The notes under the pieces were generated by a model. It had not been told where the DNA came from and ran no database searches. It worked only from the letters and a program-made list of their open reading frames with translations. A program made the translations under genes and the position numbers. From Tubiluchus corallicola (lineage: Eukaryota > Animalia > Priapulida), in assembly GCA_030141605.1 (NCBI GenBank), contig JAQGDQ010000783.1, positions 1 to 64,000 on the forward strand: 64,000 nucleotides of DNA, written 5' to 3'. Shown here piece by piece: positions 41,361-55,577 of this stretch; within the stretch, counting starts at the first letter, position 1; every line of letters starts with the position of its first letter.

Positions 41361-42142
41361 ACAACGTAGTTAATTAATTGCTGGTGTTTTTTCGTTACTC
41401 AGAAAAACAGCGTTCATTGATTTATTTGCTCCCCTCTCTAATACAGTTTACAATCTTTCTTCCACTTCAAACACGGAGAAGTAAAACAACTAGAGCGGAA
41501 GCACTAATGTGATTGGATCTTTCCCATTCTGTTTTCTCAGTTAATGGTTCATTTAGAAAATCACGGAAAGCATTTACTGTTGTCATGGCCCTTTTTGGTA
41601 AAAATTTAGAATTTACGACGTTGCAAGTACATTCTAAATCCATTCAGTACAATAGAACGAAAGCAACCCCAACAATGTCACTGTGGTTTGTATAAGAAAG
41701 ATCTATTTAATGAGAATATTTGAGGGCAGTACAGAGAAAGTGAAAAGTCAGCTTCTTAACAGTTCTCTAAAATGAAAACTGCCCAGCTAACTGAAAACTG
41801 AAAGCTTTTAAAGACATATGTAACAACAGCGACGACATGAACAAGCTTGATGGATCATGCACTTTGTTCTGTGTCCAAAAATACAACATTTCTGCAGCAG
41901 GACTAATGTATTGGAAAGTATAAATGAAATTATTTTGAACACTCTAGCTGACTTATTTTAACACTCAAAACTGTTCTATAGCATTCTATTCTATAGTATA
42001 TCCAATACACTAATTGTCTTTGCCTATGATAGCAGAACAAAGCTTTAGTTAAACAATTGTACTGCTTTGTTGTTAAGTCAGTGTTTAAAATTACATATTT
42101 TTATACAAATTTTTTTTATTGCAGATATAATTTGACTTGACG

Positions 42143-42507
42143 ATGGCCACGTCAGTTCGGGGACAGCAACGTATGTTTATCGGCACATTCGTCATGTTAA
42201 TCGCATTCATCACTTCCTGTACACGAAATCTCCTAGACGCAGTATCATTACAAATCCCAAAGTGTTTACCAGACAACAGAGACGTCCCCAAGTATTTCCT
42301 ACAGTGGAAAACTTCATAAAAACAGAGATAATTAATGATTCGTTTTTTGATGAAACAAGAAGTCAGCCTGTGATAGTTACTGCCTTTGACACATCACATT
42401 ACACAGAAGGGGAGGGCCTAATAAGGCACCTCGATCAGCAGTTTGGTAGAGATAACTATCATCTTGTAGTTTACGACTTGGGCCTTCAAAATAATCAAAA
42501 GAAATTG
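42143..42507 (+). pseudogene. DUF1647-family protein, first coding exon only, frameshifted between TM anchor and domain
   Basis: Upstream acceptor ttttattgcag|42125. MATS..TM in one frame, PVIVTAFDTSHYTE..LI..LVVYDLGL (DUF1647 N-terminal signature) in another. Donor TTG|gtattt. Confidence 0.75.
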
Positions 42508-43889
42508 GTATTTGTATCCTGTTATTACAGATGACAAAAGTTTGAGAGCTAAATCAAATATGTTAGTGTAAATGGTTTACTGAATTAAAGTTACAACGTT
42601 ATAAGCAGAGTATAAAGGATGACTAAAGGATGTCAGAATAATTGTTTTTCCTTAACAGTCTTCCAAGCAGAAACGCCCGAAATCGAACACCTAATCAACT
42701 CGTCACATCACCTCAGCATGAAGACGCCCTAAAATACAGACAATCATGTAGTCTTCCACTTTGTGCTAACATGAAAACACGACTTTTTGCTGTGACATTA
42801 ACCTCTTCTTAGCAGACAACGACACGTATAATCTTTAGCTCAAAAGTAATGAAGAACTGATAAAAACTAATACATGGATATGTACTAATAAGTTAACAGT
42901 AAACTGTAATAAAATATAAATGAAAACTCCAATATAACAGTAACAATGCAAGACTGTTTATTAGAACAAGTACATGCATAAACAGCAGAGAGTTTACATG
43001 TAACACTTTAATTGGTCATCTTACATAAAGGGTCGTCTTTCCTACAAAGTAAGCAAAGTTACAGGTGTATTTTGTAAATTGAGGCATTACTTGAGCACAT
43101 ATAGGCAATGTGTACCCACATATTGACTATTGTATCTTGTATTCTGAAACCACTTATAGCAGTACGCTACATATTTATAAAAATAATGACTTTTGCTGGG
43201 TTCCGAGATTATGCTATCCCTTCTTATTAATAAGCCTTTTACTAAGTGCTTTGTAATTATTAAAAATAAATGAATTTTATAAGATAGAACTAGCGAAACT
43301 CATGTTCAGTTTTAAAAAGGGATTCTACCTAAGTCATCTGTAATTATTTCAGTAAGATTAGTGACGTTCACCAATATTCTACGAGAGCAGCAACCAAACA
43401 AAATAATTTCCATGAAAGATTTAACGCAACAAAAAGTCTACATATTATAAAACATAATGATGCAGTTCAATGGAATAATACTTTCGGACGATACCAAGCA
43501 ATCAACTAGTATATGTCGCTTGAGTTAATTATATAAATATCAATTCTTGGAAACTTACTACCTAGGTTAACTACATGTGTCACATGTACGAGAGCAACTG
43601 CTTGCAAGAGCAACTACTGTTACAGCAGCTTCAGTTAATTCCAATAATTTTTTTGTTTAACTTCTGTTGATCAATTTCAAGATTGCAAAGTCTTGAATAT
43701 TTATATTTTGAAGTATGGTCTCGATTATTAATTTCCTCATAAAGTCATTCAGGTATTTTTTGTGCTTTAAATACCTGCCTAATTTTTTTAAGTCAGATCA
43801 TCGAAAATCGCTTTGTAATTTTTAATGGCTCCATTATACATTTGCTTGCTTATGCGCGATTATAACACACAACTTGCAATTTTGTTTGC

Positions 43890-43895
<6 letters not shown>

Positions 43896-43951
<56 letters not shown>

Positions 43952-43990
43952 TTGCATATATATGTGTGTGTGTGTGTGTGTGTGTTTGTA
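43896..43990. repeat. Compound (GT)n microsatellite (mirror about 47938-48032, differing in sequence)
   Basis: Direct reading of the sequence. Confidence 0.95.
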
Positions 43991-44485
43991 TATGTATGTA
44001 TATAAAAAATATGGTATTATATAACATGCTATAAAAAATTATATAAATTTAAAGTAATTTGTAAGAATTAAATTCTATCTACAAGAAGTACAAATACTAA
44101 TACACTGTACCACAGCACCTTTAACAATGTTCATCTCTAACCAGAAGATAGTTAAACAAAAGATTATGTTGTTGTGTTACGTTATTATATTATGAGGGGC
44201 TAATGCTCTATTTCAGAGAGAATACCATTTTGTACGGTAATAACTGTTATGAGTCTGATTAATTATATTAAACAAAAACCTTTTGAGTACTATTTTGATG
44301 GTTTTTATATACAAAGGAAATAGTCCTAATTGAGCAGTGACACATTTTACTAGATTTAATTATCTGTACATATCAAACAATATCTGTCTACTAAATTGTA
44401 CTTCTTAGTTGTTTCTACACTCTAGTAAAATTTCCTTGTTTTTCAGATGCTATGACAATAGACAGTAAATTGTCCGAAACCGGAA

Positions 44486-44980
44486 GGCAGTTAAATATCT
44501 ATTTTGAAAAGATTACAATAATAACCCCTAATCCTTTCAAACCTGCGTCTAGATGCTAAAATTATCGGCATATCTCCTGTGAAACGCAAGCGGCTTTGCA
44601 ACTATCTTGAAACTGTAAGTAGGCAATCTCATAGATGTGGATTCCTTGGCCTTGATAAACAACATTTACACTCAATAATCTGGCATGATATGGCATATAT
44701 GCCAGCAACAGCCATAATGTCGGCTGTTTTGAAAATGGCAGTCATTGTGAATTTACTAAAAATATTTTATTTTTAAAGCCGATATCTAGATGCTAAAGTG
44801 ATCAACCTATCTGCCTTGATACATGCAAAATGTATGCTGTTGTTACAATAAATCTTTGGTGAATCTATTATACGCGTGACTTAATAATATACATGTAATT
44901 TCGCTTTGTGTATTGGCCATTTTTCGGCATGGATTTCTGAAATGAAGTAACAGAAACGGATATCTTAGATCTTACTGCCC
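44486..44980. mobile_element. Probable MITE at the left edge of the spacer
   Basis: ggcagt..atatct start and agatcttactgccc end; internal direct repeat tctagatgctaaa x2; aaaatggcagtcat motif. Confidence 0.4.
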
Positions 44981-45600
44981 TGAAATAGATGTCATTAACC
45001 GCTTCACTATATTAATGTTCTGGGAACATCTTTTGATTTATATATAGCGTGGGCAAAATTATATATCCCTGGGGTTTTTGATCCAATCCTGCTAATTTCT
45101 CAAGCTGGCAACAGCATTTTTCATATTTAGCTAGCCAAATAGACAAGACTGGCTAAGTTGCCCACGTTTAGAGAAAAACGCTCTTAGAACATTATAGAAG
45201 CATCTTTATTATATTCTTCTAGTCTCACTGTTTTTGTCTTTTTTTGGATTACTTCATTCAAATTTGAGCATTTGCAAAATATGAATAACAAAAACTAACA
45301 ATCCGCAAAATGCTGAGAATCCATCAGAAAACTGTAACAATATAAAAATATATAAAATGAATTTATAAAGTTATTGTTATTAAAAGTAGTTTTCGTCAAT
45401 ATGCGAATTGGGGTTCGCTGGGTTAAATGCTGACGTGAGTGTTCTGCAGTTCGATAGTTTCGACTGTTTGCTAACTTACTGAAATGCAGAAGTTTGCTGT
45501 TAACTGAAAAGTACTTTTGAAATTGTACAATTGGCTGCATATTATACAGATTAATCTCAAATATTTTTTATTGATTTATATTTTCGATTAATGTTTAATC

Positions 45601-46468
45601 ATGGAAAGTCACTACACTATAAGAAAACGCTATAATAGACAACATGTTGTGTTCCATTGGTTCTTACTGATAAATTTTTGCATATTTGTTTACACTTACA
45701 TTATCACGAAACAAAAATTAACCGTGGTGGATTTCAAGAGAAACCTCGGTACTAAATATAAGCATTTTGTTGTAAAAACTGAGGAGCAAGAAAACTGGTT
45801 GTACTCAGAATGCAAGAGTTACTCCACATACGCTAAAAAACAATGTATCTTACATAACCATGGGAATGCCAGGAAGACTTGGAAATAACATGTTTAGCTA
45901 TGCTTCATTCATATAAATATTTTACTTTCTTGAAAGAGGAGATAAAAAACCAATTTACTTTTAACCGTAAATCCATCACAAAAGCCAGAACGTTGTTAAA
46001 TTATGAATTACAGCAGAGAGGCATTTTGGCTGCTACAGTAACATTAGTGGGAATTCACGTGCAAAGAGGCGATATCTTGTCAACAATTTTTATCTAGTCA
46101 ACAAGTCCCTTCAGCTGCATATATCAAAAGAGCTATGGACTTTATGAAAAGCAAATTTAGCTTTTGTTTTGTTTTTCGTAGTGTTTGTTGTTATTGGCAA
46201 AGATGCAACTTGGAACAAAGAAAGCATTTGTGGATTAGATGTGGTTTTCATGCCTAACAACAGTGAGCCTGCTGTAGACATGTGCATTGTCAGTCAATTA
46301 TGTACTCACATGATCATGACAGTAGGAACGTTCAGTTTCTGGTGTGGATATTTGTCAAATGGAACTGTAGTATACTTTCGTGATATGCTTCCTGATGGGT
46401 ACAGAGACAAAACCCACTGGTTCATTGCTGGTGATTATTGGCCGCCTGAATGGATAGGACTACATTGA
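45601..46468 (+). pseudogene. GT11 alpha-1,2-fucosyltransferase (FUT1/FUT2-like), single copy in the spacer, at least 3 frameshifts
   Basis: TM anchor; VGIHVQRGD (cf. HVRRGD), YIKRAMDFM, DM..CTHMIMTVGTFSFWCGYL, WPPEWIGL. Segments lie in successive different frames and the N-terminal GRLGNQ region is largely missing. Confidence 0.88.
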
Positions 46469-47999
46469 ACAAAAACAAAACATTGTGGTAATATGGTGTA
46501 TATTAGTTATTGCCATATTAGATAATATAGCCTAGGGCATGTACCCTATTTTTTATTCGTTTTTCATGAGTCACGGCTAGTATCGTTTGAGCAAAATAGG
46601 TGTTTGTGGTGCCGCCGCCTATCACTGAAAATGAAAAAAACTGGATATTCAAGTACATAATTATTTTGTGAACACGTAAGGGGCTGGTTTATCTTAATTG
46701 TTATGATTACAGAACATCTGTGTATATAAGTTAATATAAAGTTTTATGGGAATCTAGAAGGCGGGAAAAAATTATTTCAATTTAGTTACAGTCGTTTACA
46801 ATTGAGTCATTACTTTAGCTACTGCTATTTTCAATTATTTCCTGTGAAAGTTTTCTTAGATTAAATCTCGAGCTAACTTTGTTTATTATTTTCATAAACT
46901 GATTTTACATAAACTTGTTTGGGCCAGAAAAAGTAGAAAAAGACGGTGCAATAAAAAAAAATCACGGTTTTATAATTAATGTGTGATCCATGTAAAGTTG
47001 AGATTTATTTCAAAACCCTAAAGCTATTTCTGAGGTGAATCCAAGGTAGGTTACTTGCCAGGTAATTAACTCTTTATTGTACTCGTAAGTAGATGCATTC
47101 ATTGCTAAATTACAGCCAGGTAAATCCAGCTATGGCTAATCACGCATGGTCTAACAACAGTTAACAACAAGACACGAAAAGCTGCGAGGTATGAGGAAAA
47201 TCTCAAACTGTCAGAGACAGAAGTATCGCCGTAATTATATGAAGAATATGTTTCGATAAACATAGAGAAAAACGAGACTGCCTACGCCAGCTAACTGATT
47301 GTGCTAATGTGAAATTTCGGACCCTGAATGCAATGAGTCTGATGAGGAAGCCTTGGAGCCACATCTTAACTCACTTACAGAACTTAAAGCGTTTTCTATA
47401 AAAATAATAGACAAAACAAATTGAGTTATTACGTAACAATGTTAGTGAGAACAAATCCGCAAATGAACATGCGCTCATGGGAGGCAAACTCACTAATTTT
47501 ACTAGAGTGTAGAAACAACTAAGAAGTACAATTTAGTAGACAGATATTGTTTGATATTTACAGATAATTAAATCTAGTAAAATGTGTCACTGCTCAATTA
47601 GAACTATTTCCTTTGTATATAAAAACCATCAAAATAGTACTCAAAAGGTTTTTGTTTAATATAATTAATCAGACTCATAACAGTTATTACCGTACAAAAT
47701 GGTATTCTCTCTGAAATAGGGCATTAGCCCCTCATAATATAATAACGTAACACAACAACACAATCTTTTGTTTAACTATCTTCTGGTTAGAGATGAACAT
47801 TGTTAAAGGTGCTGTAGTACAGTGTATTAGTATTTGTACTTCTTGTAGATAGAATTTAATTCTTACAAATTACTTTAAATTTATATAATTTTTTATAGCA
47901 TGTTATATAATACCATATTTTTTATATACATACATATACAAACACACACACACACACACACACATATATATGCACACACATGCACACACGCACACACAT

Positions 48000-48039
<40 letters not shown>

Positions 48040-49421
48040 GCAAACAAAATTGCAAGTTGTGTGTTATAATCGCGCATAAGCAAGCAAATGTATAATGGAG
48101 CCATTAAAAATTACAAAGCGATTTTCGATGATCTGACTTAAAAAAATTAGGCAGGTATTTAAAGCACAAAAAATACCTGAATGACTTTATGAGGAAATTA
48201 ATAATCGAGACCATACTTCAAAATATAAATATTCAAGACTTTGCAATCTTGAAATTGATCAACAGAAGTTAAACAAAAAAATTATTGGAATTAACTGAAG
48301 CTGCTGTAACAGTAGTTGCTCTTGCAAGCAGTTGCTCTCGTACATGTGACACATGTAGTTAACCTAGGTAGTAAGTTTCCAAGAATTGATATTTATATAA
48401 TTAACTCAAGCGACATATACTAGTTGATTGCTTGGTATCGTCCGAAAGTATTATTCCATTGAACTGCATCATTATGTTTTATAATATGTAGACTTTTTGT
48501 TGCGTTAAATCTTTCATGGAAATTATTTTGTTTGGTTGCTGCTCTCGTAGAATATTGGTGAACGTCACTAATCTTACTGAAATAATTACAGATGACTTAG
48601 GTAGAATCCCTTTTTAAAACTGAACATGAGTTTCGCTAGTTCTATCTTATAAAATTCATTTATTTTTAATAATTACAAAGCACTTAGTAAAAGGCTTATT
48701 AATAAGAAGGGATAGCATAATCTCGGAACCCAGCAAAAGTCATTATTTTTATAAATATGTAGCGTACTGCTATAAGTGGTTTCAGAATACAAGATACAAT
48801 AGTCAATATGTGGGTACACATTGCCTATATGTGCTCAAGTAATGCCTCAATTTACAAAATACACCTGTAACTTTGCTTACTTTGTAGGAAAGACGACCCT
48901 TTATGTAAGATGACCAATTAAAGTGTTACATGTAAACTCTCTGCTGTTTATGCATGTACTTGTTCTAATAAACAGTCTTGCATTGTTACTGTTATATTGG
49001 AGTTTTCATTTATATTTTATTACAGTTTACTGTTAACTTATTAGTACATATCCATGTATTAGTTTTTATCAGTTCTTCATTACTTTTGAGCTAAAGATTA
49101 TACGTGTCGTTGTCTGCTAAGAAGAGGTTAATGTCACAGCAAAAAGTCGTGTTTTCATGTTAGCACAAAGTGGAAGACTACATGATTGTCTGTATTTTAG
49201 GGCGTCTTCATGCTGAGGTGATGTGACGAGTTGATTAGGTGTTCGATTTCGGGCGTTTCTGCTTGGAAGACTGTTAAGGAAAAACAATTATTCTGACATC
49301 CTTTAGTCATCCTTTATACTCTGCTTATAACGTTGTAACTTTAATTCAGTAAACCATTTACACTAACATATTTGATTTAGCTCTCAAACTTTTGTCATCT
49401 GTAATAACAGGATACAAATAC

Positions 49422-49786
49422 CAATTTCTTTTGATTATTTTGAAGGCCCAAGTCGTAAACTACAAGATGATAGTTATCTCTACCAAACTGCTGATCGAGG
49501 TGCCTTATTAGGCCCTCCCCTTCTGTGTAATGTGATGTGTCAAAGGCAGTAACTATCACAGGCTGACTTCTTGTTTCATCAAAAAACGAATCATTAATTA
49601 TCTCTGTTTTTATGAAGTTTTCCACTGTAGGAAATACTTGGGGACGTCTCTGTTGTCTGGTAAACACTTTGGGATTTGTAATGATACTGCGTCTAGGAGA
49701 TTTCGTGTACAGGAAGTGATGAATGCGATTAACATGACGAATGTGCCGATAAACATACGTTGCTGTCCCCGAACTGACGTGGCCAT
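49422..49786 (-). pseudogene. DUF1647 exon, mirror copy
   Basis: Mirror ORFs 49395-49667 and 49610-49792. Confidence 0.75.
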
Positions 49787-50569
49787 CGTCAAGTCAAATT
49801 ATATCTGCAATAAAAAAAATTTGTATAAAAATATGTAATTTTAAACACTGACTTAACAACAAAGCAGTACAATTGTTTAACTAAAGCTTTGTTCTGCTAT
49901 CATAGGCAAAGACAATTAGTGTATTGGATATACTATAGAATAGAATGCTATAGAACAGTTTTGAGTGTTAAAATAAGTCAGCTAGAGTGTTCAAAATAAT
50001 TTCATTTATACTTTCCAATACATTAGTCCTGCTGCAGAAATGTTGTATTTTTGGACACAGAACAAAGTGCATGATCCATCAAGCTTGTTCATGTCGTCGC
50101 TGTTGTTACATATGTCTTTAAAAGCTTTCAGTTTTCAGTTAGCTGGGCAGTTTTCATTTTAGAGAACTGTTAAGAAGCTGACTTTTCACTTTCTCTGTAC
50201 TGCCCTCAAATATTCTCATTAAATAGATCTTTCTTATACAAACCACAGTGACATTGTTGGGGTTGCTTTCGTTCTATTGTACTGAATGGATTTAGAATGT
50301 ACTTGCAACGTCGTAAATTCTAAATTTTTACCAAAAAGGGCCATGACAACAGTAAATGCTTTCCGTGATTTTCTAAATGAACCATTAACTGAGAAAACAG
50401 AATGGGAAAGATCCAATCACATTAGTGCTTCCGCTCTAGTTGTTTTACTTCTCCGTGTTTGAAGTGGAAGAAAGATTGTAAACTGTATTAGAGAGGGGAG
50501 CAAATAAATCAATGAACGCTGTTTTTCTGAGTAACGAAAAAACACCAGCAATTAATTAACTACGTTGTG

Positions 50570-51640
50570 AGAATTATGAATTTATTTCACAGCAACTCAA
50601 ACATACATATAAATTATGTAACATTGAAGAAAAAAAATAAACTATGCGAGTTACTGTGAGGAGGAGGAAGGAGCATTTAGCTTTCGAGTCCTCCTCCAGA
50701 TAAGTGAAATAATTGACAATTAACATTACATTTTCATCAGTTATAGCATACAATAGAACAAAATAAGTTTTGTTAGTAACTTAAGGTCAGGATGAGTAAA
50801 ATTGTGAGTTAATTATACTGTTGTAGTAGGTAATTCTTTGATGCTTTTTTAAATTGATAAAGATTAAGAGTTTCCATTTCACGCGGAATTGATGACCATA
50901 TTTTAATAGCATTATATTTTGATGACTATTTCATTATATTTGTTTTTGGAAGGGGGAGTACATAGTTTTCGACTGAATATCTTGTTTAATGATCATGTTG
51001 ATTTGAAACTGGACTAAAGTATGACTGAAAAGCTGGTGGAAGTAATGAATTATGGTAGGTACATGAAATGAAGACAATACATGTCATATATTTCTTTCAG
51101 TTTAAGACTTTTAACAGATAAATATATTATATTTGTGGGATGGTCATACCTTACATGATATATTAGTTTGAGAATTTTGTTCTGGGTAATTTGTAAAGCT
51201 TCCAGATTACTTTTATATACACCATCCCAAGACATGACTCCATATATTAGATGTGGGTAGACTAAACTGTAATAGATTTTCATCAATGTTTCTCTATTAA
51301 CAAACTTGCGTAATTTACAGATGATTCCCAAGGTCAATTTATGCTTTGTTATACTTATTTGGTACTTCCAGTCTAGGTGCTCATCAAGAAATATTCCCAA
51401 ATATTTAACATGTGACTTTTTTTCAACGATAACATTACTAAGAATTATGGTTATATTTCTTGATGGTGTTCTCCTTTTCTTTTTTATGAGCATGAAGTTA
51501 GATTTATTAATATTCAATGAGAGCTTATTTACATTCAGCCATTCTGTTACTTTATTTAACTGTGTATTCATAACACTCTCCAAGTTATCTATATTTGAAT
51601 CACTTAAAAAAATGTTTAATCTCTTATGTAATGAGATTTG
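50570..51640 (-). mobile_element. LINE RT fragment, mirror copy
   Basis: Mirror ORF 51050-51715; one P/L difference. Confidence 0.85.
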
Positions 51641-52263
51641 TGAACCTACTGTTGTATAAATGTAGATCTGCTGATTACTGTCACTGTCATTATGAGATCT
51701 CCAGTGAGTTGGCAAATGCTGATGTAGTTTTGAATCGCTACGCTCAGACCAAGTCTTATTCTGATGTAATCAATGACATTAACTGTGATAGACGCAACAA
51801 TCTTCAGAAACTGTGAAAGATGTAAAAATCTTCAGCAACAGCTTTTAGACTCTCTTTTTAGACTCTCAAGGTTTACTGCAAGGTGCTTTGTGCACCTCTG
51901 ATGTACTTTTGAATCCAGAAATAACAAAATCAGTAAAACGTTGATTTTTGATCAAATTAGTTTTTTTTAACCAGAATTTTGTTACATAATCATCATGCAG
52001 TTCACGGAAGCATCACTCCTTAAAAACCATTTCCTTTCCTAAGATAGCTATTTTCCAGTTTTCCACTCGCCTGTCAAGGCACAATATGTGCTCAGGTGTT
52101 TGCTCCTCATTTCCACAAGTACGTAGTGTGCTGTCTGCTTAAAATATTCTTGTCCAATTAAACGAAGAACGAAATTACGGTAGGATCTGAATTACCCTCC
52201 TTTATGCTTAGCAGAATCTTAATTCTGAATTCCAAGCTCATTGTTTGCCTGACTTTTGCAATA

Positions 52264-55072
52264 CTATAATTTCTGCCACTGCTGAAATTGGAGTTCTTGA
52301 GTGAAGAACATCTCTGTTTTCAAGATGTCGATACAGAAGTTAGGGGCTCCTCTTCGCAGTTTGTATGTGCATATGGCTGAGGTTGAAGACTTGAAACGCG
52401 GGTCAAGAACTTCAGAGGAGCAGTTACTTAGAACACATGAATTTTCTGCTGAACGAATATGAAGCCTTAAAATTTCTAAATCTTTTGACATTTTATCACT
52501 GCCATAGTTTTTCACCTTTTTATTAAAATCACTTAAAATTGTTCTGTAGAATAATGTATCCCATTCACTCCATTGCTCCACTATGCGATTTTGCCAATTT
52601 GAGAGTATTGTCTTCTTTGACGATTTTCGAACGTTTGTTTTAAACACTGTAACATCTTTCCAATCCCAACAAAGTAGGTTTTTCAGAAGAACTAGCAACT
52701 CGTCAAATCTCTCAGCTATCATTATTAAAGCAAACTTATTCTGTATTTCTTTTATGAGTTTCGGAGCTGCAGTGGTGTTATTATAATCTGTTCTCTGTAA
52801 TCCAAACAATCGCAGCATACCATTGCTTAATTTATAAATGTTCTTTGCACGAGTACCACGTGCAGAGTAATTCAATGGACATTGTAAAAACGTTGTTATG
52901 TTAACACCAATATACTTCTCATAACCACCATAGCTGTAAACAGACTCCAACCATGAGGTAGGCTGACGTAAAATTGATAAAAACTTTACTTTTGGCATTA
53001 GCATCTTAACTTTGTCTATATGTAGTATTGTATGGTGACAGAACACATTGTAGACATTTCTTGGATGAGGGATAAGCATCCTTTTGCCAAATTCTTTATT
53101 TACATCAACGAGGTTTCCCTTACGAGGAAGTGCAAAGGACAGGTTGTTATATTTACCGTATCTCATGAATATGTTTTGAAGAGCACTGCTTGCACATTTA
53201 GGAGTTTTAAAAAAGAAGAAATCATGGACTGGTTTGCAAATTGATAACGAGACTGAGGATGACGTCGATGATGAAGATTTGTCTCTTCTATAAATCCTGC
53301 AACAAGGTACTAATGTAAATAAGTCAAACGCTAAGAAGGTCAACTTTTCATTCCCCGCTTTCAAGCTTATAGCACTACATGTGTTTTCCCCAATACTGGA
53401 ATTGGCGCCATGCAACTGTGCGATATGTTCTTTCTTTGCTGTCATGGCAGAAGTTATTTAATTAAAACTGAATACAAGACACACACCACTAAATTTATTA
53501 TAAAAATAAACAATGGCCAAATACGTAAGTCAATGTATATAATTATGCAACTTAAGACACAGGTTTTTCTTACACAAATCTTTTTATTTTGTGTAGTTTG
53601 CAAGCGTAAACTGGGCAAGTCACAGCTTAGAGTTGAACAAATTTGGATAACATGCTGAAGTGAGAGCACTGATTAGATTAGATTAGATTCTTTATTTGGA
53701 GCGAGTCGAAAGTCATAGTGGTCTTGAAGCGCAATCTCAATAACAGAACTAACAACACAGCTATGGTAGAAAATAGCGCCTTTTAATCTGGCTGGTGTGT
53801 TTAACTGTATACGACATTTTGCTGGCAAATAGATGTTTGTGTAGTTTAGTTAGTAATTTTAGTTATTTTTGTTTGTATTTTATCAGTAACTATATTGATA
53901 GTCAGTCATTTGAAATCATAACCTCCCAATTTCCAGCAGAGATTGCTGATTTAATGCTGGCCAATCTGCATAATTATAATCATATACCTTTGAAAGCATG
54001 ACGTACTGGAATTTTGACACAAATTTTACCAAAAATGGGATTATAATCGCATGTAAATATTTGTGAAAGTACATCATAGTTAGTAAATAATCAAAGTGAG
54101 TTTGTGGTTATCAAATCCAGTACAGACTTTGACGTACTATTTACTCGAGAGTGATTGGTAATTAAATGGAATAATTGATTTTGTACAATGAGATTATTTA
54201 AGTTACGGCCAATTGGATATTCATTTAACTCTGCCTGGCCCCAGACCTTACATTTGGCATTAAAGTTGCCAACAAAGACAATGCTATACGGGTGCTTGGG
54301 TTGAGAGGCTAGTAGGTATTATAAGATTCATCTAGTGCTTCAATAAATCAGTCTTTACCTGCTCCACCCTGGGATAGAGATCTATAACAAATGTACATAT
54401 AGAATATGTTAACCTTTAAACTACTTTCGAAAAACGTAAATTCAAACAGATTCTGTGGCAGCAACCCAGTTAGTGTTTTAAAATGTATAAAATGCTATTA
54501 CCTTTTCTGTCTCGATCTTTTCTGACTGGACCTTGGAATCCAGAAAGACAATGTCGTTTGCTATGAACCAGTCTAGAGTCTACATTTGAATTAAAAAGCA
54601 CAATAATGTAGCAATGAATGGACAGTTCCGTTTTCGCAATTGTATTAAATATGTAAAAATACCGCTAACCTCACGTATCACAATCCACTAACGTACCTCT
54701 CATGTCGAAGGTCTTTTTTTCTTTATCAATCAACCACCTTATAGTCCTGTAGGCCAAAATATATAAGAAGAATTATGAGTAAGTTCTTTTGAATCTTTAT
54801 TCCAACGTTGGAAAATCAAATTTCGCAAAACCGACTTTGCAGTAATTTTTTTAAGATTATACGACTTACTAATTTTTGAATAACGTGCGTTACTGAATTT
54901 ACCTTTCATAGTCATCGCGTCTGTTGACAAACTGTTGTTGCAAATAATTTTTGTAGCGAAATACAAAATCAGTTGTTGACGTGTTGTAAATAAATATATG
55001 GAGTACTTTTACACAAGTATAACTTGAAAGTATAAAAACAAGCAATTTAATGGCGGCCGTTTTCCTTGCCAT
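52264..55072 (-). CDS. GAL3ST: Galactose-3-O-sulfotransferase, mirror copy (exons 55072-54903, 53296-52264)
   Basis: Identical translation to the left-arm copy. Confidence 0.92.
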
Positions 55073-55577
55073 ATTGAAAATGCGCAACTGTTTCAAAAGC
55101 AACGACGAACATACATGAGAAATTATACGCCTTGCAGCTTCTAAAATGCTGTTACGAAAAATATATTATACTTTTTACGGCTTTGGTTACAGAGCAGCAT
55201 TCGTTATAAGGATTTCGTTGATTCTTAATGTATTTTAATTCAGAAAAGTTTAAAAAAACAAATTTAGAGATAGGTAAGATAAGATTTATGCATGTGTATC
55301 TCGCATATTATTAAATACAAGTGTTTTTACAATTGCAGTACTCGTTTGTAGACAGAAAAATGGGTAAATTAGATTTTAGTATTTTTTAACATTTCCCTGG
55401 TAATTTTGTGCTGGAATATAAGATTCCATAATATAGTTTGCATTTGTTTTCATAAAAGTAAAAAAAGCTAAATTTCACGAATTTTGATATTTTTATTGTG
55501 TCATTAAACTTAATAATATGTTTCGTATTTGACTGCTTTATTCACACTCACAGTATTATAATATTACATTAATAAAC

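Larger units (their letters stand above)
27928..44432 (+). repeat. Left arm of giant inverted duplication (outer end not determinable because the partner runs off the window)
   Basis: Every ORF has a mirror with coordinate sum 91928-91929. Identity ends at ctagtaaaatt|tcc (44432). Confidence 0.98.

Noticed and set aside
47040-47070. ttacctggca on the minus strand resembling the U1 snRNA 5' end
   Set aside because: The match does not extend beyond about 10 nt.
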